This document shows, in pieces, positions 24,429-36,725 of a stretch of DNA of 64,000 nt. Numbering within the stretch: the stretch's first letter is position 1; each line of letters starts with the position of its first letter. The stretch is taken from the NCBI RefSeq assembly GCF_006345805.1, contig NC_043021.1:21948001-22012000 (forward strand). The letters run 5' to 3'. This DNA is from Octopus sinensis. Its lineage: Eukaryota. Below the pieces are notes generated by a model. That model searched no databases. It was not told the DNA's origin and worked only from the letters and a program-made list of their open reading frames with translations. A program made the position numbers and the translations under genes.

Positions 24429-25361
24429 GTATATATATATATGTTATTAGATATATATATATGTATATATGTATTATATATGTGATATATATATATAATG
24501 TATATATATATATATGTATATATATATGTATATATATATGGTATATATATATATGTATATTATATGTATATATATATGTATGTATTATATATATGTATAT
24601 ATATATGTATCTCTCTCTCTCGCTATGTCCCCCCTTCCCATACCATCATCGCCATGGTCCTCTATGCCCCCCCTCCCCAAAACCATCATCGCCATAATAA
24701 AAGAGCGATCGCATTTATCGTTAACCCCACTCGCTTCAAAATATCTAAAGAATACGCACAGATCATGAATGGCTAAAAGTTAAGTGAATCGTCCAACCTC
24801 GCTACGACTACCTTCTTTCTTGCACTTATCCTATTCTTTCTCTATTCTTCAATTTCCATCTCATTGTATTGTCCCTCATTCTTTCAGTATTCCCTCATTA
24901 CCCTGTCTAGCTCAAACATTTTTTTTTTTCGTTTAGACTTGTCTCCAGGTTCATAGCCACTCTGATTTTTCAATTTTTCAATTTTTCGTTTAGTATTGTC
25001 TCCCGATTCATACAAACCCATTTGCTAGCTCACGATTAACAGAACCTCTTTACTCAGCTACGGTGCACCCGCCTCTCCACCCCCCACCACGCATGCCGGA
25101 AGTTCCTATTCTCTTCCATCCCAGGGTTGCTTCCCATGAAGACTGCAAATGCTCTCACCACCCACCCCTACCCTACCTCGACCTACCTATGTAAGGTAAT
25201 GTTCATACAGTGCAAAATATGAAAGGCTAGCGTTATGCAGGTTGTACTGAAGGCTACTTTACTACTTACTACTTCTTTCTTGCACATGAATTCTGCCAAA
25301 TGCGAGCTTTCTTTTCAGGTACACGAAGCTACTGTCCACCGTCGCAGGGTCTCTAGAGCCC

Positions 25362-26762
25362 ATGCCTTCCAACACCCTCAGGGTTGGCACCCTCAACGTT
25401 GGCACTCTGAAAGGTAGGTCTGGTGAGATAGTCGAGATGCTTGAACGGAGATGTGTGGATATATGTTGCATGCAAGAAATAAGGTGGAGAGGAGGATCAG
25501 CTAGGTTCCTCACAGGCAGGAACGCAGGTACAAGATTTTCTGGGCAGGGAACACTGACGGGGTTGGTGGCGTGGGTATACTTATCGCTGAGAAATGGGTA
25601 GATAAAGTAATTGAGGTAATCAGAGTAAGTGACAGAATACTTAGATTAGATAGTGCTTCATCATAGTTTAGCAACCATTATATCAGCCTATGCTCCTCAG
25701 TCGGGGCTACCCGATGGACAGAAAGACCGATTCTATGACACTCTACTGCAGACTACCTCATTGACGAACGACAGAGACCTTATCTTTGTGGCTGGTGACT
25801 TCAATGGTCACGTTGGACGACATGCTGGGGGCTTCCATGGCGTCATGGAGGGCTATGGCTATGCTCCCGCAACGAGGAGGGAACCAGCTGCTGGGTTCTG
25901 CGATGCAAATAATCTTATGATTTGCAACACTAACTTCAGGAAACCTACCAGCCACCTAGTCACTTACCAATCGGGCCAACATACCAGCCAAATTGACTAC
26001 ATCCTTACAAGGCAAAGGGAGAGATGGCTGCATATAAATGCCAAAACCTTCCCAGGTGAAGAATGTACCCCACAACATAGACTGGTAGTTAGTGACTTTA
26101 GGATCAGGACTAGGAGGACAACCAGAAGACGACAAATATGGAGAAGAAGGATCTGGAAGCTTAAAGATCCTGCAAATGGACAGAGATTTAGGGACATATT
26201 ACTTGAAGCCTCTGACGAAGTAGAAGGGGATAGAGCATCACAGGGGGTAGAAGACAGCTGGACGTTTCTAAGGGACAACCTGCTGAGAGCCACTGACCAG
26301 ATCTGTGGCTGGTGCAAAGTCCCCTCTCGACCTAGAATAACGTGGTGGTGGAACAATATTGTAGACAGGGCTTTTAGAGAAAAGAGACAGGCTTGGAAGG
26401 TCTGGAAAAATGGGGGTAGCAGGGAATTGTATCAGACTGCCAAAAGAGAAGCTAGGAGACAGGTTTATTTAGCCAGAGGGGAAGCAGATAAGAAAAAATT
26501 TGCCGATGTTCTGCGCCGTGAGGACCAAAGACTGGAGGTGTTTCGTGTTGCAAGACAGTGTGTGAGAGAGAATCGTGATGTGGTAGGAGAGAAGTGTGTT
26601 CGCATGGAAGATGGTTCACTTGCGCTAAATGAGGATGCAAAGAGAGAGGTCTGGAGATGCCACTATGAAAGTTTGCTGAATGAAAATGAATGGATAAAGA
26701 GAGTCTGCCGAATGTTGACCCAACAGAGGGACCAGCTATCCGAGTTGATAGTTCTGTGGTAG
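25362..26762 (+). pseudogene. LINE APE-type endonuclease and linker (several frameshifts)
   Basis: LRVGTLNVGTL, DICCMQEIRW, ISAYAPQ, FVAGDFNGHVG, SQIDYIL, QHRLVVSD. Confidence 0.9.
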
Positions 26763-27057
26763 CTAAGGCAATTAGAAGCATGAAGACAGGCAAAGCCCCG
26801 GCCCATCAGGAATCACTGCAGAGATGCTCAAAATGTCTGGTAGTGTCGGCTATAGCCTAGTCACCCATATAGTTAATCAGGTGATACACAAAGGGGTCAT
26901 ACCCATGACTGGTGTAGCAGTATAATAGTCAACTGCTACAAAGGTAAAGGTGATGCCCTAGATACAAATAACTACAGAGGTATCAAGCTGTTGGACCAGG
27001 TGATGAAGGTTACGGAGAGGGTCATAGCCCAACTAATTAGAGAGAGAGTTAGTTTAG

Positions 27058-28491
27058 ATGAGATGCAGTTTGGGTTTGTGCCAGGGAAAAGTACTACTGA
27101 TGCTATATTCTGGTAGGCAGCTGCAGGAGAAATACCTAGCCAAAGATAAGCCCCTGTACCTGGCTTTTGTTGACATGGAGAAAGCCTTCGACAGGGTCCC
27201 CCGATCCCTTATCTGGTGGGCAATGAGAAAACTAGGGATAGATGAATGGTTAGTGAGAGCTGTGCGGGCCATGTATAGGGACGCCGCTAGTAGGGTGAGG
27301 GTTGGAAATGAGTACAGTGAAGAATTCCGGGTAGAGGTAGGGGTCCACCAAGGCTCAGTACTCAGCCCCCTCCTATTTATCATAGTCCTCCAGGCAATAA
27401 CGGAGGAATTCAAGACAGGATGCCCCTGGGAGCTCCTCTATGCTGATGACCTTGCTCTAATTGCTGAGTCATTATCAGAACTGGAGAAGAAGTTTCAGGT
27501 GTGGAAGCATGGTTTAGAATCGAAGGGCCTTAGAGTCAATCTAGCTAAAACCAAAGTCGTAATAAGTAGGAAGGTAGACAAATCACAAACGCCTTCAGGT
27601 AGATGGCCCTGCTCGATCTGTAGAAAAGTGGTAGGTAGAAACTCTATAAGATGCACCAAGTGTAAGCTATGGACACATAAGAGATGCAGCAATGTCAAAG
27701 GAAGGCTAACTAGGAAGATGGTTTTTGTATGTGGCAGATGCTCAGGAACAATAAACACTGAAAATGCTCTGAGACCAACTTCCGTCACTTTCCAGGGAGA
27801 AAAACTAGAAATAGTTGATAGTTTCCGTTACCTAGGTGACCAAGTCAGCAGCGGGGGCGGGTGTGCTGAAAGTGTAACTGCTAGAGTAAGAATAGCTTGG
27901 GCAAAGTTCAGAGAGCTCTTACCTCTGCTGGTGACAAAAGGCCTCTCGCACAGAGTGAAAGGCAGACTGTATGATGCGTGTGTACGAACAGCCATGCTAC
28001 ATGGCAGTGAAACATGGGCTGTGACTGCTGAGGATATGCGTAAGCTCGCTAGAAATGAAGCCAGTATGCTCCGATGGATGTGTAATGCCGGTACTCACAC
28101 TCGGCAGAGTGTAAGTACCTTGAGAGAAAAGCTGGACCTAAGAAGCATCAGTTGTGGTGTGCAAGAGAGACGTTTGCGCTGGTATGGTCATGTGGCGAGA
28201 ATGGATGAAGATAGTCGTGTGAAAAAGTGCCACACCCTAGTGGTTGAGGGAACCTGTGGAAGAGGCAGACCCAGGAAAACCTGGGACGAGGTGGTGAAGC
28301 ACGACCTTCGAACTTTAGGTCTCACTGAGGAAATGACTAGAGACCGAGACTCTGGAAGTGTGCTGTGCGCGAGAAGACCCGTCAGGACAAGTGAGTCCAC
28401 AACCCGTGGCCTTCTACATGGGATGGAGCCAGCCTACGTATGCATACCTTCCCTTCTTGGGACACAAAACTCTACTTGTGAAGACTGTTGA
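27058..28491 (+). pseudogene. LINE reverse transcriptase (3' part) with inserted PHD-like finger
   Basis: AFVDMEKAFDRV, GVHQGSVLSPLLF, LYADDL, FRYLG; CSIC..CTKC..HKRC..CGRC at 27604-27741. The true start lies upstream, beyond frameshifts. Confidence 0.9.
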
Positions 28492-29336
28492 GGCAAGTGA
28501 GGATCAGAATCGAAATCGATCAATGGAAATTGCGGATGTGCTACCAGTGCCGGTGGCATGTCGAAACTCTGCTTGTGAAGACCCATTGAGGCAAGTGAGA
28601 TCAGAATCGAAATCGAAAATCGATCAATGGAAATCGATCAATGGAAATTGCAGATGTGTTACCAGTGCCGGTGGCAATGTAAGAGACTTTCCGTTTCGCG
28701 ACCGTTGCCAGCACCGCCCCGTTTTGTGTCCGTTGCCAGCCTCGCCTGACCCTCGTGCCGGTGGCACATAAAAAGCACCATCCGTTCGTGGCCGTTTGCC
28801 AGCTCTGTCTGGCACCAGTGCGGGTGGCACGTAAAAAGCACCCACTACACTCACGGAGTGGTTGGCGTTAGGAAGGGCATCCAGCCGTAGAAACACTGCC
28901 AGATTTGACTGGGCCTGATGAAGCCTTCTGGCTTCACAGACCCCAGTAGAACCGTCAACCCATGCTAGCATGGAAAACGGACGCTAAATGATGATGATGA
29001 TGATGATGTATATTATATATATATGTATAGATATATATATAATGTATAAATATATAATGTATATATAGAGTATATATTATATATGTATATATATATATAT
29101 ATGTGTATTTATATATGTATAATGTATATGTGTATATGTATATATATGTGTATATGTATATATATATGTATATATATATCTATATATTATAGGTATAATA
29201 TATTATGTATTTATATATGTATATATATATATGATTATATATATTATGTATTTATATGTTATAATATGTATATGTGTATATTATGTATATATGTATATAT
29301 GGATATGTGTATATGTATATATGTGTTATATATATG

Positions 29337-29367
<31 letters not shown>

Positions 29368-29534
29368 GTATATATATATATTATATATATGTATATATAT
29401 ATATATTTATATATATATATTTATATATATGTATATATTATATAGGTATATATATATATTATATATATGTATATATATATATATGTATATATCATATATG
29501 TATATATATATATTTATATATATGTACATATATT

Positions 29535-29580
<46 letters not shown>

Positions 29581-29602
29581 TATATATATATATATATACA
29601 TA

Positions 29603-30007
29603 GACCGACATGCTGTGCTTGAGGAGACCTATTGAGTCATGTACATCAACATCAAAATGAAAATCAAATGGAAATTGTAGTTGTGATACCCAAGCCGGTG
29701 GCACTCAAAAAGCACCATCCGAATGTGGCTGATGCTAGCGCCACCTTGACTGGTGTCTATGCCGGTGACACGTAAAAAGCACCAACCGATTGTGGCCATT
29801 GGCCAGCCTCTTCTGGCCCCTGAGCTGGTGGCACATAAAAAGCACCTACTACACTCATGGAGTGGTTGGCATTAGGAAGGGCATCCAGCTGTAAGAACAC
29901 TGCCAGATCAGACTGGGGCCTGGTGCAGCCCCTAGCTTCCCAGACCTTGGTTGAACCGTACAACCAATGATAGCATGAAAAACGGACATTAAACGATGAT
30001 GATGATG

Positions 30008-30008
<1 letters not shown>
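29603..30008 (+). mobile_element. RTE 3'-tail element
   Basis: aaaagcacc repeats, ttggcattaggaagggcatccagctg, (GAT)n tail. Confidence 0.8.
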
Positions 30009-30042
<34 letters not shown>

Positions 30043-30333
30043 TATCAACAATTGAGGGTAAAATTAATTAGTTATTAATCAATTTCACCAAGTATTCAGT
30101 ATGTAAAAGGACCATTTAAGGCGAATTCAAAATATTACATTATATAATTAGGGCTTAGTAAAATAAATTACTTTGCCACATACTGAACTTGCTAGAAATA
30201 GCAGCCAAAAAAAAGTTTTTTTGCCATTTCCACTACTTAAAGAAAATTTCTCTCAGATAATGTTTGTTTACTCAAAATAACTCACGAAGGTATGGAGGTA
30301 AAAACAGAAAAATATCACAAGTACAAAGATTAT

Positions 30334-30394
30334 TTGAGAACGTTAACGTTTCTAGATTAGCCAAATAAACTCAGCATTTCTTTCGTCAGCTCAA
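30334..30394 (-). ncRNA. Type-I hammerhead ribozyme (left arm)
   Basis: UUGAG-CUGACGA-A-[AGAAAUGCUGA GUUUAU UUGGCUAAUCU]-A-GAA-ACGUUAACGU-U^-CUCAA. Confidence 0.65.
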
Positions 30395-30917
30395 CATTTC
30401 TTATTTTGGATTTGGAAGCACTAAAAAGAAAGAACATACCCTTTGGCGACTTATCACCTCAGATGACCCATTCAGCATGCCAGTACCAACAAATTCAAAA
30501 TGTGCAAGCGAAGATTCACTGCTCTCCCCTTCCACCCACGTGGGTTATCTAGCAAACATTATATTTTAACGGTGAGAACCGAGGCAATATGACAGAGAGA
30601 AATGAATTATAATATCAACAATTGAGGGTAAAATTAATTAGTTATTAATCAATTTCACCAAGTATTCAGTATGTAAAATTTTACCCTCAATTGTTGATAT
30701 TATAATTCATTTCTCTCTGTCATATTGCCTCGGTTCTCACCGTTAAAATATAATGTTTGCTAGATAACCCACGTGGGTGGAAGGGGAGAGCAGTGAATCT
30801 TCGCTTGCACATTTTGAATTTGTTGGTACTGGCAGTCTGAACGGGTCATCTGAGGTGATAAGTCGCCAAAGGGTATGTTCTTTCTTTTTAGTGCTTCCAA
30901 ATCCAAAATAAGAAATG

Positions 30918-30978
30918 TTGAGCTGACGAAAGAATTGCTGAGTTTATTTGGCTAATCTAGAAACGTTAACGTTCTCAA
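30918..30978 (+). ncRNA. Type-I hammerhead ribozyme (right arm)
   Basis: Same motif; 5-bp stem I UUGAG/CUCAA, palindromic stem III, predicted cleavage after 30973. Confidence 0.65.
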
Positions 30979-31212
30979 ATAATCTTTGTACTTGTGATAT
31001 TTTTCTGTTTTTACCTCCATACCTTCGTGAGTTATTTTGAGTAAACATTATCTGAGAGAAATTTTCTTTAAGTAGTGGAAATGGCAAAAAAACTTTTTTT
31101 TGGCTGCTATTTCTAGCAAGTTCAGTATGTGGCAAAGTAATTTATTTTACTAAGCCCTAATTATATAAATAAATATAAATATAAATAAATATATATTTAT
31201 GTATGTATGTAT

Positions 31213-31750
31213 GCTACTGGTAACATGTAACCTAGTACAACCTGTTGCATGGTCGGGTCGTCGGCGACTAAACTGGCAACCCCACCAAGCTTGCTTGGTG
31301 AGGAGGGTGTTTATTGGACACCCTGCGGGATGAAAAACAAAACCCGTCAAAGGGCGGAGGAACTCTTGAGAGTCAACGGCCATCCAAAAAATGTCTTAAG
31401 GCTGTATCATGCGCAGGGACATAGAAATAATCGGACTGAATACCCGATCGCGCAGTTAAACCATTGGGAGTGAAGGACTCCTAGCCTTTGTTTGGGCATC
31501 CTTCTAGGAGAAGGTAACTCAGGTAACTGGGATAACTCCGACATAAAACCTGCAGCTCAGTGGTTACCGATGATGTTGACTTGTTCTTCTTTTCGGATTA
31601 TGGCTGCTGTTGCTTAGTGAGTGGGATTGACTCAGTGCACAGCCTTTCCTCACTTTAAAAAAAAATCTTCTCGCACAGGCATTGCACGATAACAACATTG
31701 ATTAAGCTTCGTGCAATGGCCATACTCGATAACGAGGGGGCAGCCACCAT
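31213..31750 (+). mobile_element. Non-coding element resembling an RTE-type 5' UTR
   Basis: GC-richer block with cgactaaactggcaacccc, gggcatccttctaggagaaggtaactc and aaaacctgcagctc motifs; no credible ORF. Confidence 0.4.
31220..31276 (+). ncRNA. Degenerate HDV-like ribozyme fold
   Basis: Order P1(gtaacatg)-P2(ctagt)-P3/L3(ca-acctgt-tg)-P1'(catggtc)-GG-P4-ACUAA-P2'(actgg). P1 has mismatches and P3 is only 2 bp. Confidence 0.3.
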
Positions 31751-31756
31751 ATGTAA

Positions 31757-32030
31757 GAATGCATGATCTAGTGGTTAGGGTGCTGTACTCATGATTGCAA
31801 GACTGTGATTTCAATTCCTAGACTGTGTGTTGTATTGTATTCTTGAGCAAAACACTTCATCTCACGTTGCTCTGTCATCACTTTCACACATGATGTGTGG
31901 TACAATGTGCACCTGTTCAGACAACGTTGATTTGATGGAGAGAATGAGCTAATGTCTGGTTTGAACATGTGATCATTAGGAATGAATCATTTGTGCAGGT
32001 TGTTTGGCAGACGCTGAACACTCAAACAGA
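31757..32030 (+). mobile_element. Older tRNA-derived SINE family F
   Basis: gcatgatctagtggttagggtg...ttcttgagcaaaacacttcatctcacgttgctc; related pieces at ~37020-37190 and ~43752-43905. Confidence 0.6.
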
Positions 32031-32745
32031 CGTGTCTGTATGTTTGTGTGCGCTGAGACACCAGACGTGTTAAAAATACTGTCTGGCATGCTCTCATCAC
32101 ATGAAGCTATTAGTAGCACATAAAAATATATCGTGTTTATTAAGTAATATTTATCTCTCAGACAGATGTACTCTTTTTGTTGATCTTACCATTACATGTA
32201 TGTGTGTGTGTTGTATGTATATATTGTATGTACACACATACACACACATACTCTAATCTGACATGAAAAATAATGCATTAACAAGTCTGAAGCACTAATT
32301 TGTGTCTACAATGATTAAGTGATAAAATGAGAGGTGCTTATTTAGATTTGAGGGGTCTGTGTACGAATGCGTATGTACTTATACATATGTGAGTGTGTGT
32401 ATCTGTACGTGCATCTGTAAGTATATGTGTGCATGTGTGCTTTTGTGTGTATTTATACATGATTTAATAACAGTTTGATTTGGGCTCCATGCAACTTAGT
32501 TTCATGGGCTTGTAAAATGAACCTCAGCTCATCAGACTTAAAAGCTACGTTCGTTTTATGAGCCCGCAAATTATTAAGTTGCACGTTAAATGATAAATAT
32601 GTGACATCTAGCAAGTATATTGAATGCCATTTTCTCTCTTTGGTCCACCCCCTTATAAGCATACGTTCATAATACATACATATGTTTATATAAAGAATGA
32701 CGGGCCACAGGGTTGATTCAATTCTGAGATATCTATATGTGTGTG

Positions 32746-32786
<41 letters not shown>

Positions 32787-33513
32787 TATGCAAATATTTA
32801 TACATATTTATATGAGCTTCTAAATGTATAGGTGTACATATGTATGTAAATATGTATAATACCCATGCACACACAAACACACACACACACACACACACAC
32901 GAGAGGGTAGAGTGGTTTTATATGATTGTTCAAGAATACACAGGTATAAAACAATTAGTGCCGTACACTCATGAGTGACTATATGTATATACTCACATAC
33001 ATTCTCTCTCACACACACACATATATGTATACACACATATATTTATACACACATGCATATTCACATATATACATACAACACACAGAGAGACACACATATA
33101 TATATACACACACACATACACACACACACATATATATACACACACACTCACACATATATACTCACGCATATTCACATATATATGTATGACACATACACAC
33201 ACACACACACACATATATACACACACATACACACACACATATATATATACACACACACATATATATATACACACACACACACATATATACACACACATAC
33301 TCACACATATATACTCACGCATATTCACATATATATGTATGACACATACACACGCACGCGCACACACGCATGCACACACACACACACACATATATATATA
33401 TACATACATACGCACACACACACACATATATATACACACACACACACATATATATATATACACACACACACTCACACATATTCACACATATATGTATGAC
33501 ACATACACACACG

Positions 33514-33554
<41 letters not shown>

Positions 33555-33889
33555 TATATATATATGTGTGTACATCTTTGAAAAGCTGGTTGGTTGTGAA
33601 GTGGAAGCCACTTTAATTTTCGTTTGAAAAGCCACGTACTGATAGAATGCATATGACCATTTGTAAAGAATCATTTTAATTTAATGTAATATAGAATATG
33701 CACACAAGCACACACACACACACACACACAGAAACTCAGACACACACACACACATGCAACATATGTACGTACACTTACAGATTATTATCTCTTTATGCAG
33801 CGAACGTTTCACTTTAGCAAATAAAAATCCATATGAACAAAAGGCAGAGAATAAAACCAGAGGAACCATTACAATAGGCAGAGATTTAG

Positions 33890-34180
33890 CCTTGGAATGC
33901 GTTTCCTTTTATTTTACTCTGACATATCGCGGTTCTTTGAAGTGTTTGCTTCCACATTTGGCACTGCCGACACCACCGCCGTCACCACCACCACCACCGC
34001 CACCGCCGCTACCGTTCCATACCTTTTCTGCTGCCACCGCCATCGACGCCGCACACTGTTTGTTTTCTGTTTGTGTTGTTTTCGCAGTCGTAATAATTCT
34101 TGACATTGGTTTGCGTTCGGTAACCACACTGCGTTGGCGCTGAGGGGAGAAAAACATTGGCGGAACTGTTGGTTTATTCC
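33890..34180. promoter_or_regulatory. CpG-rich, TE-free island; possible promoter or first exon
   Basis: Dense CpGs compared with the window. Minus-strand ATG GCG GTG GCA GCA GAA AAG/gtatgg (34043-34017); plus-strand pyrimidine tract plus cag at 34087. Confidence 0.3.
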
Positions 34181-34276
34181 TGCTCTTGGTTTGCTGTTGC
34201 TGCTGCTGCTACCGGTACTACTGCTACTAATCTACTGATGCTAATGGTATGCTTGGTGGTGGTACTAGTGCTGCTG

Positions 34277-34512
34277 TAAGGCGGCGAGCTGGCAGAAACG
34301 CTAGCACGCCGGACGAAATGCTTAGCGGTATTTCGTCTGCCGTTACGTTCTGAGTTCAAGTTCCGCCAAGGTCGACTTTGCCTTTCATCCTTTCGGGGTC
34401 GATTAAATAAGTAACAGTTACGCACTGGGGTCGATATAATCGACTTAATCCGTTTGTCTGTCCTTGTTTGTCCCCTCTGTGTTTAGCCCCTTGTGGGTAA
34501 TAAAGAAATAGG
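34277..34512 (+). mobile_element. SINE family C, well-conserved copy
   Basis: ggcggcgagctggcagaaacgctagcacgccgg...gcctttcatcctttcggggtcgattaaataagta...aaagaaataggta. Confidence 0.8.
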
Positions 34513-34697
34513 TACTACTGCCTCTGGTGCTGCTACCTCTTGTGGTACTACTCCCTCTGGTGGTGGTACTGTTGTTTGTGGTGCTGCTGCTCATACCACA
34601 GCCACTGGTACTGCTGCTGGTGGCACTGCAGTTTGTGGCACTGCTGCTGGTACCACAGACACTGGTATCACTGTTTGTGGTGCTGTTAGTGGTACCA

Positions 34698-34927
34698 CAA
34701 CCAGCATCGGTTGTCAAGCAATGCTAGGGGGACAAACACAGACACACACGCATATATATATATACGACAGGCTTCTTTCAGTTTCCGTCTACCAAATCCA
34801 CTCACAAAGCATTGGTCGGCCCGGGGCTATAGCAGAAGACACTTGCCCAAGATGCCACGCAGTGGGGCTGAACCCGGAACCATGTGGTTGGTTAGCAAGC
34901 TACTTACCACACAGCCACTCCTGCGCC
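34698..34927 (-). mobile_element. SINE family A, 5' half
   Basis: Reverse complement of the family A head and core. Confidence 0.8.
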
Positions 34928-35085
34928 TATATGGCTAGTTTTTAGATATATAAAAACAAAACATACGGAGTGGGAGTGCTAAGCAGTGATATGTATAAAT
35001 GTGATCTTATTACCAGCTTAGATGTGTTTGAGGCAGATTTGAACCGGGGAACAAGCCATTCGCTGTGTTTTGTCATGGACCCCAA

Positions 35086-35502
35086 TACTCTATTTTACTT
35101 GTTTCAGTCATTTGGCTGTGGCCATGCTGGAGCACCGACTTTAGTTGAGCAAATTGAATCCCAGGACTTATTCTTCGGAAGCCTAGTACTTATTCTATCG
35201 ATATCTTTTGCCGAACTGCTAAGTTACAGGAACGTAAACACACTAGCATCAGTTGTCAAGCAATGTTGGAGGGACAAACACAGACACACAAACACACACA
35301 CACATACACATGCATATATATATGTATATATATATATATATATACATATATGCGATGGGCTTCTTTCAGTTTCCGTCTACCAAATCCACTCACAAGGCAT
35401 TGGTCAACCTGAGGCTATAGCAGAAGACACTTGCCCAAGGTGCCATGCTGTGGGACTGAACCCGGTACCATGTGGTTCGTAAACAAGCTACTTACCACAC
35501 AG
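35086..35502 (-). mobile_element. SINE family A
   Basis: Reverse complement, nearly full length. Confidence 0.8.
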
Positions 35503-36063
35503 TGATCCTTTTTAAAAAAAAAACACACAAACTGAAAACACGGTTTCATGGGGATTTTTCTCACTCCTTAGCTAAGTCGTAAACAAGACAACCAATTCAA
35601 ATAACTGCATTTCTGTTTTGCATTTCATACCCGACGTGTACACCTGCCTTGTATTTTTACACACCTTTTGCGAGTGTAGTGTAAATTTCTGAATATTCAA
35701 AGAATTTAGCATGTAAATGGCGGGTGCTGTGCTTTTCATTTAGACATTTCTGTATTGTGAAAAATGTCATTGTTTCCAAGTAAGAAAGCATCGTATGTGT
35801 CCAGTGTCAATTATTATATTATTGTGACAGATCTGCCGTCCGTTTGTTCTCATAATAAGTGTTCGAGTTGTCTGGTCAATGCAATTCTAATTATCCATTA
35901 ATTTTATTAGAGTGTTAAGAGCATAAGAGGTTGAGTATAGCTATACAGGATAAATGCAATTACACATGCACACACACACACACACACATATATATACATT
36001 AACACACACATATATATATTTATTTGCATGTATATATATGTATTTGTTATATTTATATTTATG

Positions 36064-36150
<87 letters not shown>

Positions 36151-36454
36151 GTATGTATATGTAATATATATATGTACATATATATATGTGTGTGTGTGTA
36201 TATATATATATTGTGTGTGTATATATATATATATATGTGTATGTGTATATATATGTGTGTGTGTGTATATATATATATATGTGTGTGTGTGTATATATTA
36301 TATATATATATTATGTGTGTGTGTATATATGTGTGTGTGTGTGTATATATATATATGTGTGTTGTGTGTGATATATATATATATGTGTGTGTGTGTATAT
36401 ATATATATGTGTGTGTGTATATATATGTGTGTGTGTGTGTATATATATATATGG

Positions 36455-36502
<48 letters not shown>

Positions 36503-36507
<5 letters not shown>

Positions 36508-36677
36508 GAATTCACAATAAAACAAAAGACGAAGACAGGTGGTGTAGACAACAAACAGATGTATTAGTATAACGCTTGGGAAGTGAAAAAGTCTTTAATG
36601 TTTCGAGCCTATGCTCTTCCACAGAAAGAAACAAGGAGGGAAAATAAAGAATGTGTAGTGGCTAGCGATCTATCATG

Positions 36678-36680
<3 letters not shown>
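36503..36680 (-). mobile_element. Second copy of the short hammerhead-bearing element in (TA)n
   Basis: Homologous to 9425-9630 (atgtattagtat..gtcttt..tttcgagcctatgctctt..acagaaag..aaacaagga). Confidence 0.6.
36592..36629 (-). ncRNA. Minimal hammerhead-like fold, U6 variant
   Basis: UCUUU-CUGUGGA-A-GAGC(AUAG)GCUC-GAA-ACAU-U^-AAAGA; stem III carries a G>A change relative to the 9522 copy. Confidence 0.5.

Positions 36681-36725
<45 letters not shown>

Larger units (their letters stand above)
24620..29007 (+). mobile_element. Near full-length RTE-clade LINE (APE endonuclease + RT), frameshifted
   Basis: EN and RT motifs, a 3' UTR with internal repeats and a (GAT)n tail ending at 29007; both flanks are TA-rich tracts. 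The 5' boundary is uncertain. Confidence 0.85.
30042..31168. mobile_element. 570-bp-unit non-coding element: partial tandem plus ~495-bp fold-back, one hammerhead per arm (PLE pseudo-LTR/retrozyme-like)
   Basis: 67-bp direct repeat 30042-30108 / 30612-30678; inverted arms 30140-30635 / 30677-31168 with a few substitutions and a 4-bp indel. Confidence 0.75.

Noticed and set aside
25191-25318. Possible intron in the LINE 5' region (gtaagg/gtaatg...ttttcag)
   Set aside because: Splice-like motifs of this strength occur by chance, and there is no second copy to show precise loss.
28914-28945. CTGATGAAGCC..GGCT hammerhead-like string in the LINE tail
   Set aside because: No GAAA follows, and other tail copies read ctggtgcagcc, so it is a chance variant of a plain hairpin.
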